Shown one piece after another: positions 28,780 to 42,245 of a DNA stretch of 64,000 nt. Within the stretch, counting starts at the first letter, position 1. Each line of letters opens with the position of its first letter. This DNA is from the human T2T-CHM13v2.0 reference genome, Homo sapiens. The stretch lies in assembly GCF_009914755.1 (NCBI RefSeq), contig NC_060929.1; one strand, written 5' to 3'. Below the pieces are notes generated by a model. That model had not been told where the DNA came from. It saw only the letters and a list, made by a program, of their open reading frames with translations, and did no database searches. The translations under genes were made by a program, and so were the position numbers.

Positions 28780-29240
28780 TGCAGGTCAGGGAATTTCAGA
28801 AGCAGGACTCCTTCAGAGGAAGGAGCTGGGGACGCAGCGGGTGCGCTCGGTGCTCCGAAGAGAGCTAAACAACTCTACAGTTTCTAAATATTTGCATTCC
28901 ATAATTGTCTTTGGGTTGAGTCACGCGAGGGGCACGTTCCCCCTCTCCTCAGGGATGAGCCGCTGCATGGTTAACAGGTTTCATTTCCTGCACTCGGTGG
29001 CTAATGGGCACTCTTTCAGTCTGGTCACATCTCTCCTTCAAAATGGCCCTTGACCGTGCCCGCCTGTCTGCCTGCTGCAAGACCCAAAGCGCTGCCGAAG
29101 AGACTGCCTGAATTCACAGGGCTTGCGATTCCGCATTGCCAGGCGTTCTTCTGAGTCTCTCCTCTTTTTCTTAATTCTCCTTTCCTTCCCCGGCCAAAAT
29201 AAACCTAAACCAAATCCTTGGGACTGGGGAGTTTCCTTAC
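28780..29240. promoter_or_regulatory. CpG-enriched unique segment; candidate promoter or enhancer
   Basis: About 18 CpGs in 28832-29192 against a CpG-depleted background; NF-kB-type GGGAGTTTCC at 29227-29236; AP-1 TGAGTCA near 28917. Confidence 0.45.
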
Positions 29241-31217
29241 TGTCTGCCGATAGCCAGGGATTGGAGTATCAGGGGATGAGAAAAAAATATTGAGTGTGGC
29301 GTTTTAATGAGGTTGCAACTCACTTTCCTGACACAACTTGGGAACTATAAAGGCGTTTGGAAATGAGAGTACTTGAGATTAAGCATCATGATCTGCCTTG
29401 ATTTTTTTTTTCCTTTTACAAGCATAGAAAACAAAGCCAGCCATTTTTCACCTATGACATGAGAGGATGGGAGGGTGCGTCTTCAAAAAGTTTCCTCTCA
29501 TTCTGGTTTTGACATTGATTGGTGGGCTTGGCTTCAGAAAATTCCAGATGGATGATGATGGATGAATTTCCTGGGGTTAAGGAAGTGATTTTTTTAAAGG
29601 AGATATTTTGGCGATCACACTCTTACTCACATTGAGGGCTAACCCTGTGACCTCAGATAAAAATATTTCACTTCACAGAGGTTCTGGGAGGTCCACATTT
29701 CTGATGGGGTCCTTTTCTGATGAGGGCTTGATTGACGTATTCACACATATTGGTGCTTCTCAGCAAGTTGTGATTGCTATCTGTGGGGTATCAATCTCAG
29801 TGCACACTTGAGTCTATAAGATGATCTCATTTCTTTACTATGCTTTATTTTGATTAAAGTCAGACTCTCCATGCCCATCCTACCAGCCAGCATGGCAGGA
29901 AGGCTAAGCTCAATCATTGTTGGGGCTCTCTCCCCCTTGGATAACACAGAAGCCTAAAATCATGCCCAATCACCAGTTCATCATGGTTACTGCTAATATC
30001 CTCATTATCCAGGCCTCTGGTTCTCTCAAGGTCCTGTAGTCTCCCTACTTTTGTGCTCCACTCACGGCATGGGAACAAGGCTGGAAAACCTTTGCCCAGG
30101 GTTGTGACTCCTCAGTTGTACAAGGCAGACTTCCCATTCCAACTCCTTTGGGGTGGCACTGAATTTGGCTCTTCCATGGCCAGATGACTTTCCCCTTTTC
30201 CAGGCTCAAAGACATGTCTCCTTTCTCTTGCCTCATTTTCAAAGGCATTTCTCTGTCTGCCCCATCTTCTTGTCTCAGGACACCTAAGATCGTATCCTCA
30301 GAGAGCTTTAACTTTTTCAAGTCAGGAGGAGCCCTTGTCTTCAGCTGCTGACTTTTCTGCCCTGTAAGTTTCTTTCAGGGAAGTCAAAACTAAGGGCCCA
30401 TCATCTTGCTTGGTGTAAAAAGGGGGGATAATTTGGAAAATGAGCAAAAGGCAAAACTGAAGTAAATTAAAGTAAGTTCATGGTAATGCTGGAAAGAGGT
30501 GGAATTTCACCCAGAGAAGTAAACATTGTATAGAACCCTGGTTATAACCACATGATGGTGTTACAAATGGAATAGTTCATCCTGAGAGTAGGGGTGGATG
30601 AAAAGACAGAGAATCATCACATTGGGCAGTGTGGTGTTGTGAGCATCAAATGCCCAGCAGGAGGCAAACTTCCTCCAGGTCCTTCATGCGCGCAATGAGA
30701 ACCAGGAATAAGTTGAGTGGGTAGAGAGGGTGGCTGGCTGGCTTAATCATGAGAAGGTGCTGCTATTTTTGTTTGAGAGGAAGGAGATGTTATAAAGGAC
30801 ATTTTGGGTAATTGCTAAATGGAAAAATCAGGAAGAATCTAGTAAAATTGAGCGATGAAGTTGTCCTCATCAGTTCATACATAATAGCTCATATTTTATA
30901 AAATGTATACTCCCTGCCAGGCACCATTCTAAGTATAGATAGCACCATCCCTAGTTTATAAATGAGGAATCCAAGACACTAGACATATCACAGGCCTAGA
31001 AAGGGAGAGAGGCTAAAATGGGGCTTGAGCAAGCCCAGTACTCACTGACCCCAATTGGGTCAAGTGCCCTTCCCTGAACTGCCTCTGGGATTACATGGAT
31101 TAGAGGCTCTGGTTGTTAGACCCAAGTCTCTTTTACACTTATCCCTGCATGGTTCACAGGAGTCCATATTACTTGAGACACAGGGACAAGGAATTGTAGA
31201 TTTCTACAAGAAAATCA

Positions 31218-31538
<321 letters not shown>

Positions 31539-32584
31539 TCAGGGTGCTCTCATCAGAAGAAAGGCGTTGAAACAACAGGCATTCCTCAGTAGACAGAGAA
31601 GAGGAGCTGTTCTGGAGCTAAACTCTGCACCCCTGACCCCAAAGATGCTCTTTAAGCATCTTCCTGGAACCCCTATGAAACAAGGAGCACATTTGAAAGC
31701 ACTTGTCTTGCATCAGTAAGGAGGAACCAGTAGTAAGCATAAAAATTTCTTGAGCAACAAAACAGATGTTACCAAGTCCAAGCAGTGAAACTTATACACT
31801 TAACTAATAAGGGAGTTCCTTAGATCTCACCCAGAAACTATTTTTGGTTTTGTTTCAAACAATTTTAATAAGCTTGGCTATCTGATTACCCCATCCCAAG
31901 CCAACCAAAGTAAAAAAAGGGCATCCTCTGGCCACTGGGATATAATGTCACAGTTTGTTGTTCTACTCTCTTACTTCTAGTTAGCAGGGACAGAAAGATT
32001 GGAAGATAAATTTTGGCAGTGTAGCTCTGGGATCTTGAAGTGTCCTTCAGCAAGTCAAGCACAAATGATTTCCCAGTAACAGAGCCAGCATTCCCAGGAT
32101 AATTTTCCCTCTACTTTAAACCATAATGGTTTGCAAGAGCTATAAGGATGCTCAGTTAGAGCTGCACAGTTTGGATATTTTATTTGGCATCACTAAACTG
32201 GATCGGGGAGTGCCTGCCAACTTGTGTGTTGTAGATGAGTCGGGTAGACAGTCCAGCGTGTAACTCCCTCTGTCTCGTTGGCTCTCATTCTCACTCATTT
32301 CTGTACTTCAGCAAAAGTCATGGTATTGCCCGATATGAATTTCCCCCCTCCTTGGCTAACACAAACAAGTGTGGGCTGCCTCTCTCTGGCCATTTCCTAT
32401 CCACAGAGGCACTCTCTTTCCTCCAATATTAAGCGGAGTGCCAAAGTGTATACACATGGACAAAAGTATTCTTGAGAGAGTAGTGACTTTTCAATAGGAG
32501 AAAGGGCCAAAAATATTCTCACATTTCCTTGGGGTGACTGGTTCCCCACAGATCTGCTGACACTTGGCAGCAATGAGTGTCAAG

Positions 32585-32830
32585 TTTGAAAGCTGGAGTT
32601 TGGGCCGGACGGATTGGATGCTAATCCCAATTTAGTTGTTTACAACCCTGAACCAATTCATTTTTCCTTGACTATAGAATGGGGATATTATTAGTGCCTA
32701 TAGCCCAGGGTGGCTGCAAGGCTCAAGTGAGATGATGTGGGGAAAGTGCTTAGCAGTGGGTTGGGTGTCCAGACAGTTACGCACTTGGCAAATGGTAGTC
32801 CCTACAGTTATTATAATTGTTATGATTATT
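32585..32830 (+). mobile_element. MIR SINE
   Basis: ctatagaatggggatattattagtgccta...aagtgagatgatgtggggaaagtgcttagca. Confidence 0.65.
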
Positions 32831-33439
32831 AGCAACACATTGTAGCTACATACTTAATTCAAGAGTGTTAAGAATGTTCTCTCTTTGAACAATGTCAAAG
32901 TGTTCTGCCAGTAGTTTTGTTTTCTTCTCTGATGTGTAAATCCAAACAATTCAAAGACCGTCTTTGGAGTTTGACAACTCTGGACTTAAACCTTGATTTT
33001 ATTGCTTATTGACAGTGTAGCTTAGGAGGAGCTGCTTTCAGAGTCTCAGTTTCCTCCAAGTAAAATCTCAATTGATTCATCTTTAATGTGGATAACAAAG
33101 TACCCATGTCAGAGGCTAGTTTTGATGAGTAGGTACAGAGTAAACACTTGGGAAATGTTACTGATGGCTATTCTTATACATATCTGGACTCTCATCAGAT
33201 AATTTTCTTTAGTTGAATCTTGAGGAAAACAACACATTATCAGCAATCCCTTGTAGTCTTCTAGTTTAATGAGAGACCTGCTACGTTCCAACATTGTGTG
33301 ATTGCAAGTTGTCATTGCTAATTTACTATTTTGAAACTGTTAATGTTAACAATTTTGATTTGGGAAGCAGGATGAGTTTTTAAGAAAAAGTGTGTAATTT
33401 TTGTCATTGAATCTTAATCTACTGAAGCAATACAAGGTA

Positions 33440-33655
33440 CCTATGCTTTGGAATCAGGTAGAGCTGGGTTTGAACCACAGCTGTGTTTCTTAACTAGGTT
33501 ATGGTCCTGACTCAATAGAGAAACTTCACTAAACTTCAGCTCTCCTATATAAAAATGGAATAATATTAATATCTTTCCCATTTTGTTGTTGTAATGACCA
33601 CAAAAGGAAAACATATATGAAGTACCTGGCATATAGTAATCAAGTTAACTGTTGC
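33440..33655 (+). mobile_element. MIR SINE
   Basis: gctttggaatcaggtagagctgggtttgaacc...aaaaatggaataat...tacctggcatatagtaa. Confidence 0.7.
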
Positions 33656-34064
33656 TGTTGTTATGGAAACATAACTTTGATGAAAACTATGAAAGAGAAT
33701 TGATAACAAATGAAAGAAAAACTGTACCAAGTTAATTTTAATGCATCTATTTAGGATGATGTGCAAATGATCTCATTTTCCATCAATCAAGCTGCCTGGT
33801 CCCAGAGTCAGTGACAACAGAGTTAGTAAATAAGGGCATTTGGATTAGCGTATGCCACATGATTAAATTTCAGACTACTAGGGGGGAAAAAAAACAACAA
33901 CAGTGCAATCATTGCATTTAATCAGAAGCCTCATCAGGGTGGGATGAAGGCACTAAATGTGGCTGGGAATCATCGAGAATGAGGCAACGATCCACTCAAT
34001 TGTGGAGCTGCATATGAGCAAGTGGTACTCATACTGAGGTCAGTGGGCTGAGGCTCTTTGCTTG

Positions 34065-34077
34065 GTTGCTAGGCAAC
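34065..34077. promoter_or_regulatory. RFX X-box motif GTTGCTAGGCAAC
   Basis: Sequence match to the RFX palindromic consensus; function not demonstrated. Confidence 0.4.
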
Positions 34078-35623
34078 AAGGGACCTGCTATTCTGTGGCC
34101 CATCGATATCAATATGAAGCATTAACCAAACCACCCTCCTGGTTCCACTTATATGATGGCTGCATGGAAATGCTGGGTAACAGAAGAGGATTATGTAATG
34201 TGGAAAAAGTGAAAGTTGGCACTGCACAGCAAGGCTTCATCTTTGAAGCAGGAGTGATTCAATAGGAAAGATCATCTGCTGGTTGTGGTTCCTGCTTAAA
34301 TTAAAGATGCTGGAGGAAGCATGAGAAGTGGACCCATGCCAAGTCTCTGTACCACAAGGTGAGGTAAAATGTTGGAATTTTTCAGCTAACATGAGCCACA
34401 AGAACAGTCAAAGTAGATGATAATCCTTGTCCAAAAGTATAGCTTTTAAGACTGAATTACTCTGGCTGTAAATTCACCAGTTTATCAGCAAGTTCCTTGT
34501 AAGAGTCATTTGCAACTTTAATTATCCGAATAACCAATTCGATAATGCATTTCACTCTGGCCATATGGAGAAAGACTTAGCTTCTATAGTCCCTAAACAG
34601 ATGTCAATGCAGTTATATTTCACAGTATTTTATATTATAAAGGTACTTGCACCAGAGGGGAAGGTAATTAACATTGCATTAGGTTATCTTGTTTATTTAA
34701 TCAGCAGTATCAACTGCCCCTTTATTAAGCTATGAGAGTCAACATAAAACAAAATAAACTAGTGTTTTGATCTTATTTTCATAAATATGCTCCTACCTAT
34801 TAAATCAGGAATACAAAACAATATATTCAATTTAATTTGAAATAGAATTTTCAACTGGAAAGTCAGTGTAATTGAAGTATGATGTGTTTGGGTACAAGAG
34901 CCCCCTAGGTATTGCCTAAAATCAAGCAGTAGATATAACTTTCCACAAGAAAAGCCCCAAAGAGGCTAATTAGATAGAAACATGGAATACTAGGAAGAGT
35001 AAAATGGGATATGTGGAATTTTTTGAAGATTTTGAGTCAATTATGCAACCATAAGACAGGAGCCATGGGAAAAAGTGGAGAAAGAAACATAGTTGTATGC
35101 AAGAAGTTGTATGCAGTGTTATTGTAACACCAAGGGAGTGTTAGAATAACCACAGGTGAGTGGAGTGGTCATAATTAGTCACTGCTCATTTGTGTCATCA
35201 GTCATCCCAGTTGTTTTGACACAACGTAACCTTTGGTCATAGCTTTCTTTCACTCTTCTGGTTTTCACATATGACTTTGTTTAGAGAACTGGCCTGCACA
35301 CTCAGGCCACTAGGCTCTTCAGGGACATCAGTAGAGATGCTCCCAGGGCCACCAAAAGGCAAGATTTAATTCATCATTGCGGAAGAGTGAATGAAATTCA
35401 CTTTCATCTTACGGGTGAGGGAAAAAGAAAGGTGCCTAGGAATTATACTGGTGGGGCTCCTGGGTGGCTCCCAGGAACCTTGGCTAGGTAATTTAGCTAT
35501 GCCAATTAAGTTGTGGCCACTGACCCAACTTCAGGCATTTGCCAAGTCAGGCTCAAGTTCTTCCCTAAGCTCCACATGGGTTTAGTTCAGACCAGACACC
35601 CTAGCCATGCCTCAGAATATTTC

Positions 35624-35638
35624 AGAACAGCTTGTTCT
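35624..35638. promoter_or_regulatory. Perfect GR/AR/PR/MR response element AGAACAgctTGTTCT
   Basis: Exact inverted repeat with 3-nt spacer; the palindrome extends to 10-bp arms (35620-35642). Confidence 0.55.
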
Positions 35639-36059
35639 GAAAACTTAGGCTTGTTAATGTAAGAGATGTCTCTGCTGATGTCTGGAAGATTGCCCAAGGA
35701 GAGAAACATGTTTAGTCAAAACAGGGAAGAAAGGACCCAAAAAGATCATGAGTAATCAATAAAGTCATGTGAATACACAAAGAATTTTTCAAAGAACTTG
35801 CATGCATTCTCACACGACTAACTCCTTGGTCTTTATATTGCTGTTAGTCACAAATTCTCTTTCTAGAGCAGGCCAGAAGAGTTAAGAGAAAACCAAACCA
35901 AGTGAATCATGGAACCACCCTGATTTTCACAAATGATTATCGAGAATTTTTCTGCTTAAGGCACAGGGCTAGGCATTATGTGCTGCGTATAAAGTAAATA
36001 AAACAGATACGGCTCTTGCTTGTTCTGAAAATTTGGGATTGCTCTTAACTAAAACATTA

Positions 36060-37970
36060 GCAAATACACCCAAGCAGGATAGTTACAATATATCCTAATA
36101 GAATAGAATATATTCAGATAATACAAGGATGGTTCAATAATAGCAAAACTGTTAACTAACCATAGTACTAGGTCAAAGGAAAAATGCCACTCGATCTTTT
36201 TTTACAGGTGCCAAAGATCCATTCAATAAAAAGTGCTAATAAAATAGTCCTGTAAGTAGATAAAATTAGACATATTCTACTTACAAAAAATAATAATATA
36301 AAATATCTGAAATACACTTAGCAAAAAAAAATTAAGATTTATAAAGAAAACTTCAAAATTCTACTTCTAAAAATAAAACCTGAATAAATAAGAACCAGCT
36401 CGGGTAGAGATATTTAGTATTGTAGAGTTACTAAATTCACCCTAAATTGATCAGTGAAAAGTGATCTTAATCACAATAATAATTTCTCCCTCCCCACCCC
36501 TTTCTCTGTCTCTTCTTTCCTTTTTTTAGAACTTGACAAGCTGGTTAGAAAAAGTCTGTATGAAAAAATAAACTAAGATACAGATTAAGTTATAAAGGCT
36601 CAACTGAAATTTTTTTAAAAATAAGAATTCTGATGAGTGGACTACTTCCTACAGAGATTAAAATGTAAAACTACAGCAATATAACGAGATTTTTTGGCAT
36701 AGATAGACAACATAAGAAATAGCAGAGTCCAGAAGTAAGCTTTAATATCCAAATAGACTCATGTAGATATTTAGTATATGATAAAGGAAAGCTTTGCAAA
36801 CTGGAGAGGAAAACTCCAATAATTCAAACAAATGGTTTTGGAACAACTGACTAATCATTTTGGAAACAAAATAAGGCCATACCACTCCTTTCTTTAGATA
36901 GCACAATGATTTGATACATATATTTAAAGAGTAAAGCTAATAAAGTACTAGAAGAAAATGAGAAAATTTGATAAAATTATTTCTAAGCCATGCAATGAAC
37001 ACAAAAGCCAGACAGGAAATATATAATAAATTTAAATCCATAAAATTAAAGCATTTTGTATGGCAAAAACTAGAACAAGCTGGGAAAAATATTTCCAACA
37101 CCCATAATAAAAAGTAGCTAATTTTCTTAACATTAAAATCTTATTATTTTAAATATTATAGATCAATAGTAATTAATTTAATTATAAATAAATATTTAAA
37201 TATTATAAATCAAGAAGACAATGACTAATAATGCAAAGAAAAATGGGAATGAGGAAAGATATAAACTTCCAGTTTATAAAAAAAAAATGGCTTTTAAACA
37301 TGAAAGATACTCAACTTACTCAAAGGTAAGACAACAAAAGGAAGGTGGATTTTTTCACCTATCAAATTGGCAAAGATGAAAATGTTGAATAAGCAGTGTG
37401 GTCAAGGGTACAGAGAAATAGGCCATCTTACATACTGCTGGTAGGTCTATAAATTGGTATAAATTCTTCAGGGGGCAGCTTAGGAATGTGTGTCAAATCT
37501 TAAATGCACATATATCTTGACCCAGCAATTATATTTTTAAAAAGTTATCCTATTATACTCATTCACTTCTGCAAAGTGAAATCTATATCTATCTAATACA
37601 TATATTTCACTTCAACATTCCAGCCAAAACAGAGAACCTAAATATTTATCAATAGGAGACTTAATAAATAGACTTATAGTTTTAGCTGTGTTAAGATAGA
37701 AAGATGTCCAAGGTATTAATACGTTATTAAGCTTAAAAAGGAAAAATAAATTAGTATTATTCTATTTGTTAAAAATTAAGACATCAAATATATGCTTGTA
37801 TATGAATACACTATTTCTGTAAGGACATACAAGAAGCTGTTAACTATAGTTATCTCTGAGAATTGGGGCTGAGAATTTGAAGGGTTATGGAAGAAACCTT
37901 TTTCTTTTATCTTTATATATTATTTGATTTCTTGCTATGCAAATTTGTTGCTTTTATGACAAAAAAATTT
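36060..37970 (+). mobile_element. Old L1M (L1ME-like) ORF2/3' fragments
   Basis: Decayed ORF2-like text (aggatggttcaata...; aacaaatggttttggaacaactg; cacctatcaaattggcaaag; catactgctggtagg...gacccagcaatt). Confidence 0.75.
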
Positions 37971-38254
37971 CCTTTTTTGCTACACTGTACTTCTAAACAA
38001 AAATCTCATGTGTAGTAGTATTGTTTTGGATAAAGTCTGACTTGCTAAAAATGTTGAATTTACCATTGAAACCCTCACTTACCTGAATAAAACAACCTCT
38101 GATCTTCATGAAATACATTTAAGTGGTAATCTGGTATTTAAAGACTCTTTTCAAAAGAATTAATTTCAAAATCCAAGAACTGGATAAATTTTAAAATACA
38201 GTTTTTTAAGATAAATATTATTTTCCAAACAATATCACTGACAAACTTATTTTT

Positions 38255-38278
38255 TATATATATATACACACGCACACG

Positions 38279-38312
<34 letters not shown>
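38255..38312. repeat. Compound (TA)n(CA)n(TA)n microsatellite
   Basis: Seen directly. Confidence 0.92.
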
Positions 38313-39704
38313 GTATAATTTTAAAAATACCAGTAAAGACCTAAAAGTAATAAAGGCAGTGTTGCAGTGATAACTTGAAGAAGCTGATGAAACTTCTATT
38401 ACGGTACATTACCTGGGAATGGGTAAGATTTTGAGACTTTATAGGGAGTGAAAATAAAAGCAAGCCTGTGAATATGACATATTCCAGATGGAATCCTGTT
38501 TTTAAAGAATGGTCCTTTTTTTAATGCACTATGGCCGCTTTTGTTGTCATTCAAATAATAGTACCATTTAATTATCATATAATTACTCTGTAATCTTGGT
38601 TTAAAAGTGGCTTCAAATTTTGGTGTTTTTTTCTATACGTAGAGTCTTAGCAAAGCCATTTAAAAATTCAAATACAAAATAGGTACAGTACTAAAATGCA
38701 ATCACCATGTTTCTTAAAATCTCATGATTTAAGAGAGTTTTTGAGCATTTTCTGGGAATGGAACCTCTATGGAGCCACTACGCCTATAAGGCCTCCTGAT
38801 AATACTGATCAGATGTTTCAACTTGGACTTAATGAATAAAGAGGGAGAACAGCCAGTCCCCTATTATGCAGTACAGCCAGATGACAATTGGTAATCAAGA
38901 ATAAAGATTAATAAGTGAATCTCAATTTTTATCTAAAGTATAAAATTAGGAACTCAATAAAATATGAAGTCTATAGATATTCCTCAAATTTTTTTAATTC
39001 ATTGAATTTTTCTTGTGTTAGACAAAGCAATAATATGGTTTCTAGAAATATTGGATTTTGCTAATGCAAATTGAAGTTAGAGATGGACAAAACTATATCT
39101 GTGACAACTTGCTCTATCCCTCAATGTCTTCAGTTAGAACAAGACCCTATTAATCAGATGGAATGATCAATAATCTGAGCGTAATGGGAGAGAATGTATC
39201 CAAACCTTCTGGAAGGGAATAAACTAAACTGTTTTACTCTCATCTGCTTCATTAATCAATGTTAGCCCAGAGAGGATGCGAGGGATATCTAAAAAAGCTG
39301 GCCACGTGTCACCGAGTAGAAATCATTCTAGATATGGAAAGAGGGGCTCTGGCTCTGCTAGGAGTCATCTGACTGATTAGGGGTCAACTAATGAATCTCT
39401 GGATAATCCAGTTTCTTATTTGAGAAATGAAGGGATTGAGTTAGGTTTCTAAGAGCCTTTTTAGCTTTTAGTCCATAAATAACATTTGTTGCCACCTTTG
39501 TCTGGAAACGTGTATTAATACAATGGTAGGGAATTTGAAGAAATAGGTGGTCACTCTGTCGTCACTTAGGACTATTTCAGCACATATGGGGAGACACTGC
39601 CTTTCAGTGACTTCCCCAAAAACATGTAGAATGATTGATGCATGCAAACACACTACAAGCACTTTTATTCACCACTATATTATGCAGCACCTAGCACAGT
39701 GCTA

Positions 39705-39879
39705 CTATAAGTAGCCTCTGTCACAATTACTCAACCCTGCCATTTTAGTGCAAAAAGCAGCCATACACAATATGTAATGAATGAGCATGGCTGTGTGCCA
39801 AAAAGCTTTATTTACTTTATTTACAAAAGCATGCAGCTGCCTGGATTTGGCCTGTGGGTTGTAGTTTGCCAACCCTTGC
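39705..39879. mobile_element. MER58A hAT-Charlie element
   Basis: ctctgtcacaattactcaaccctgcc...gcagccata...gcatggctgtgtgccaa...ggatttggcctgtgggttgtagtttgccaacccttg. Confidence 0.82.
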
Positions 39880-40296
39880 TCTAAATCATTAGCGGAGAAA
39901 GAATAACAGCATGATGTATTATAAAAGCAGCCAATCCAGATGGCTAAAAATATTTTGGCTTTCCAGAAATTAAAAAGAAAATCTAGTCATGTGGAAAATC
40001 TGCTAGTGCAATTTGGGGAACATGCTCATGTGGGATTCTGATTCAGCTGTGGCTCTTGTCTGCAAGCAGAAAGCCATCAGATGGGGGTGGATTTAAGCAC
40101 CATCCAAGGAATACCAGGTCCATTTGTAGACTGGCCTTAGGCTTTGTGATTGGTCCAATTAATTTCCCTCAAACAAGTTTCATACAAACCTACTACATCA
40201 ACCAAATTTTGAAGTTAAGAACAAAAGGAGCATGTTGAAGCAGTATGATCTATGGTATATATTCCATGGTCACTTCAAATGAGTTTTGTGGATTTC

Positions 40297-40590
40297 TTTT
40301 TTTTTTTTTTTTGAGACAGGGTCTTGCTTTTTAGCGCAGGGTAGAGTGCAGTGGCATAAACATGACTCGCTGCAGCCTCGACCTCCCTGCTCAAGTGATC
40401 CTCCCACCTCAGCTTCCCTAGTAGCTGAGACTGCGGGCATATGCCACAGTGACCCTCTAATTTTTAAATTTTTTGTAGAGATGAGGTCTCACTATGTTGC
40501 CCAGGATAGTCTTGAACTCCTAGGCTCAAGCAATCCTCCCACCCCAGCCTCCCAAAGCTGGGATTATAGGCGGGGGACCACGTTTTAATC
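40297..40590 (-). mobile_element. AluJ SINE
   Basis: J-type text: gagacagggtcttgc...gcagcctcgacctcc...gctcaagtgatcctccc...gaggtctcactatgttgccc. Confidence 0.88.
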
Positions 40591-40599
40591 CTGATTTAG

Positions 40600-40880
40600 A
40601 TCATCCTTTGATGGAGACATCTTTGAAACAACTTGGGGAATTAGGTATTAGATGGTATTAAGGAATTTCAGTAAATTTTGTTAGGAGTGAAAAATAACAT
40701 GGTAATTATGTAAAATAATATTTATCATTTATAAATGTATATTGAAGCATTTATGTCATTATAGGTGACACAATGTCTGAGATTTGCTTGAAATGCTCCA
40801 GCCCCATTCCCCTCACCTCCCCAAATCACATGCAAGTTAAATAAAACAAGACTGGCAGAATGTTGATCAGTTTTAGAGTC
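40600..40880 (+). mobile_element. Old L1M 3' end fragment
   Basis: gtattagatggtattaaggaatt...aatgtctgagatttgcttgaaat...aaaacaagactggcagaatgttgat. Confidence 0.6.
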
Positions 40881-41894
40881 AGACTTGCTATTATGTCCAT
40901 ATTCAGCCAAGCTTCAAACACGCCTAGCGGTTTCTTTTTTTTGTTTTGTTTTTTCTCTAGGAATGGTCTCTGTCTTGGTAAATTCGCATTTCCTTGATTC
41001 ACCAGTTTTCCTTTAAGCCAGCAAATTTCTAACTCCATTTGTCTCCTCTTGTTGTCCTCATAAGGGTATTGAGATGGGATCCTATAAATAGAACCATTTA
41101 CCATGCTTCTATATAAGACCAGGGTCTATTTTCTTAGTCATCTCAGGATGCCCATCTTAACTTATATTTTTTTTTCCTGAGAAGCATTTCAATTTGTTTT
41201 GGATTTGTGGTTGAATTTCCTGATATATAATTCTGTCTAGAAAAGGACTTTAGAAATCTCTTGAAGATGCAGTTTCAACCTTTAAGTTTATAACTCCACA
41301 CTGACAGATAATTAATATTTAGCCCATTTCTTCACAGTAGACATTAGAGAATGTGCTCTATATGACAGGAAGCTGCTTTCTGTATACAGAACTTTTGGGT
41401 TTTTTTTTTTTGTCCCCATTCCTCCCAGACACTGCTGATACAGTAAGGTTGTTTCACTATTTACTTAGAATTCTGTATGTCATACCAATCATTCACAACA
41501 ATCTTTAAGTTCACATTTTAAAATACGCCACATGCCATTCACACCTTAGATAAATATCAGCTAACACTGAGTCATGAATCATACTTGTGTTTACAGATCC
41601 ATTGGGAGGGCAGCTATCTTGATAATCCATATTTGCTGAGCATCTATGATAGGCTAGGTTCTGTGCTTCATGCTTCACAAACACCGTCTCACTAATGGTA
41701 GTTAATAGTAATAAAGGCAGTTATTATTATTACAAAGATCATGTATTAGGCATCGGCTATGTTTCATCTGGCATATTTCCCCTTTAAACAGACAAAAGCC
41801 CTGATGTTGCTGGGGCTATTTTTAAGTGAGGCTGAGTAACTTACTCAAGTTTACTCAGTTATTAAGTGGTAAACTCTGACTCCCAGACCTTTAT

Positions 41895-42245
41895 CCATCA
41901 GTCATTTGCATATAACTTGCATAATTTTTGCCATTCTGCATACCATTTGTACAATTATTTACAAAATATTTTTTAAATTGACATATTTTTCTTTACATAT
42001 ACACAGCCAAAAAGGAAACTAAATATTACTGTCATACATGAAAAACTGATATTATTTGCCACAAAAAGAAGGTAACCATATAAATAAATACAGTGAAATG
42101 TTGTTCTCTGCAGCCTGGGACTGGCTCCACTCTGATGTGCAGACTGATTTTAAAATGGTTCTCCTTGTAACTTCCATTACCCCATGGAGTCTACCACATA
42201 GATTATCTTGTGTACCCTCTGTGGCTTGGGTCCCACACTTTAGGC
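41895..42245. mobile_element. MER113-like hAT-Charlie remnant
   Basis: ataatttttgccatt...taccatttgtacaattatt...aaggaaactaaatatta...gccacaaaaagaaggtaacc...cccacacttt. Confidence 0.4.
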
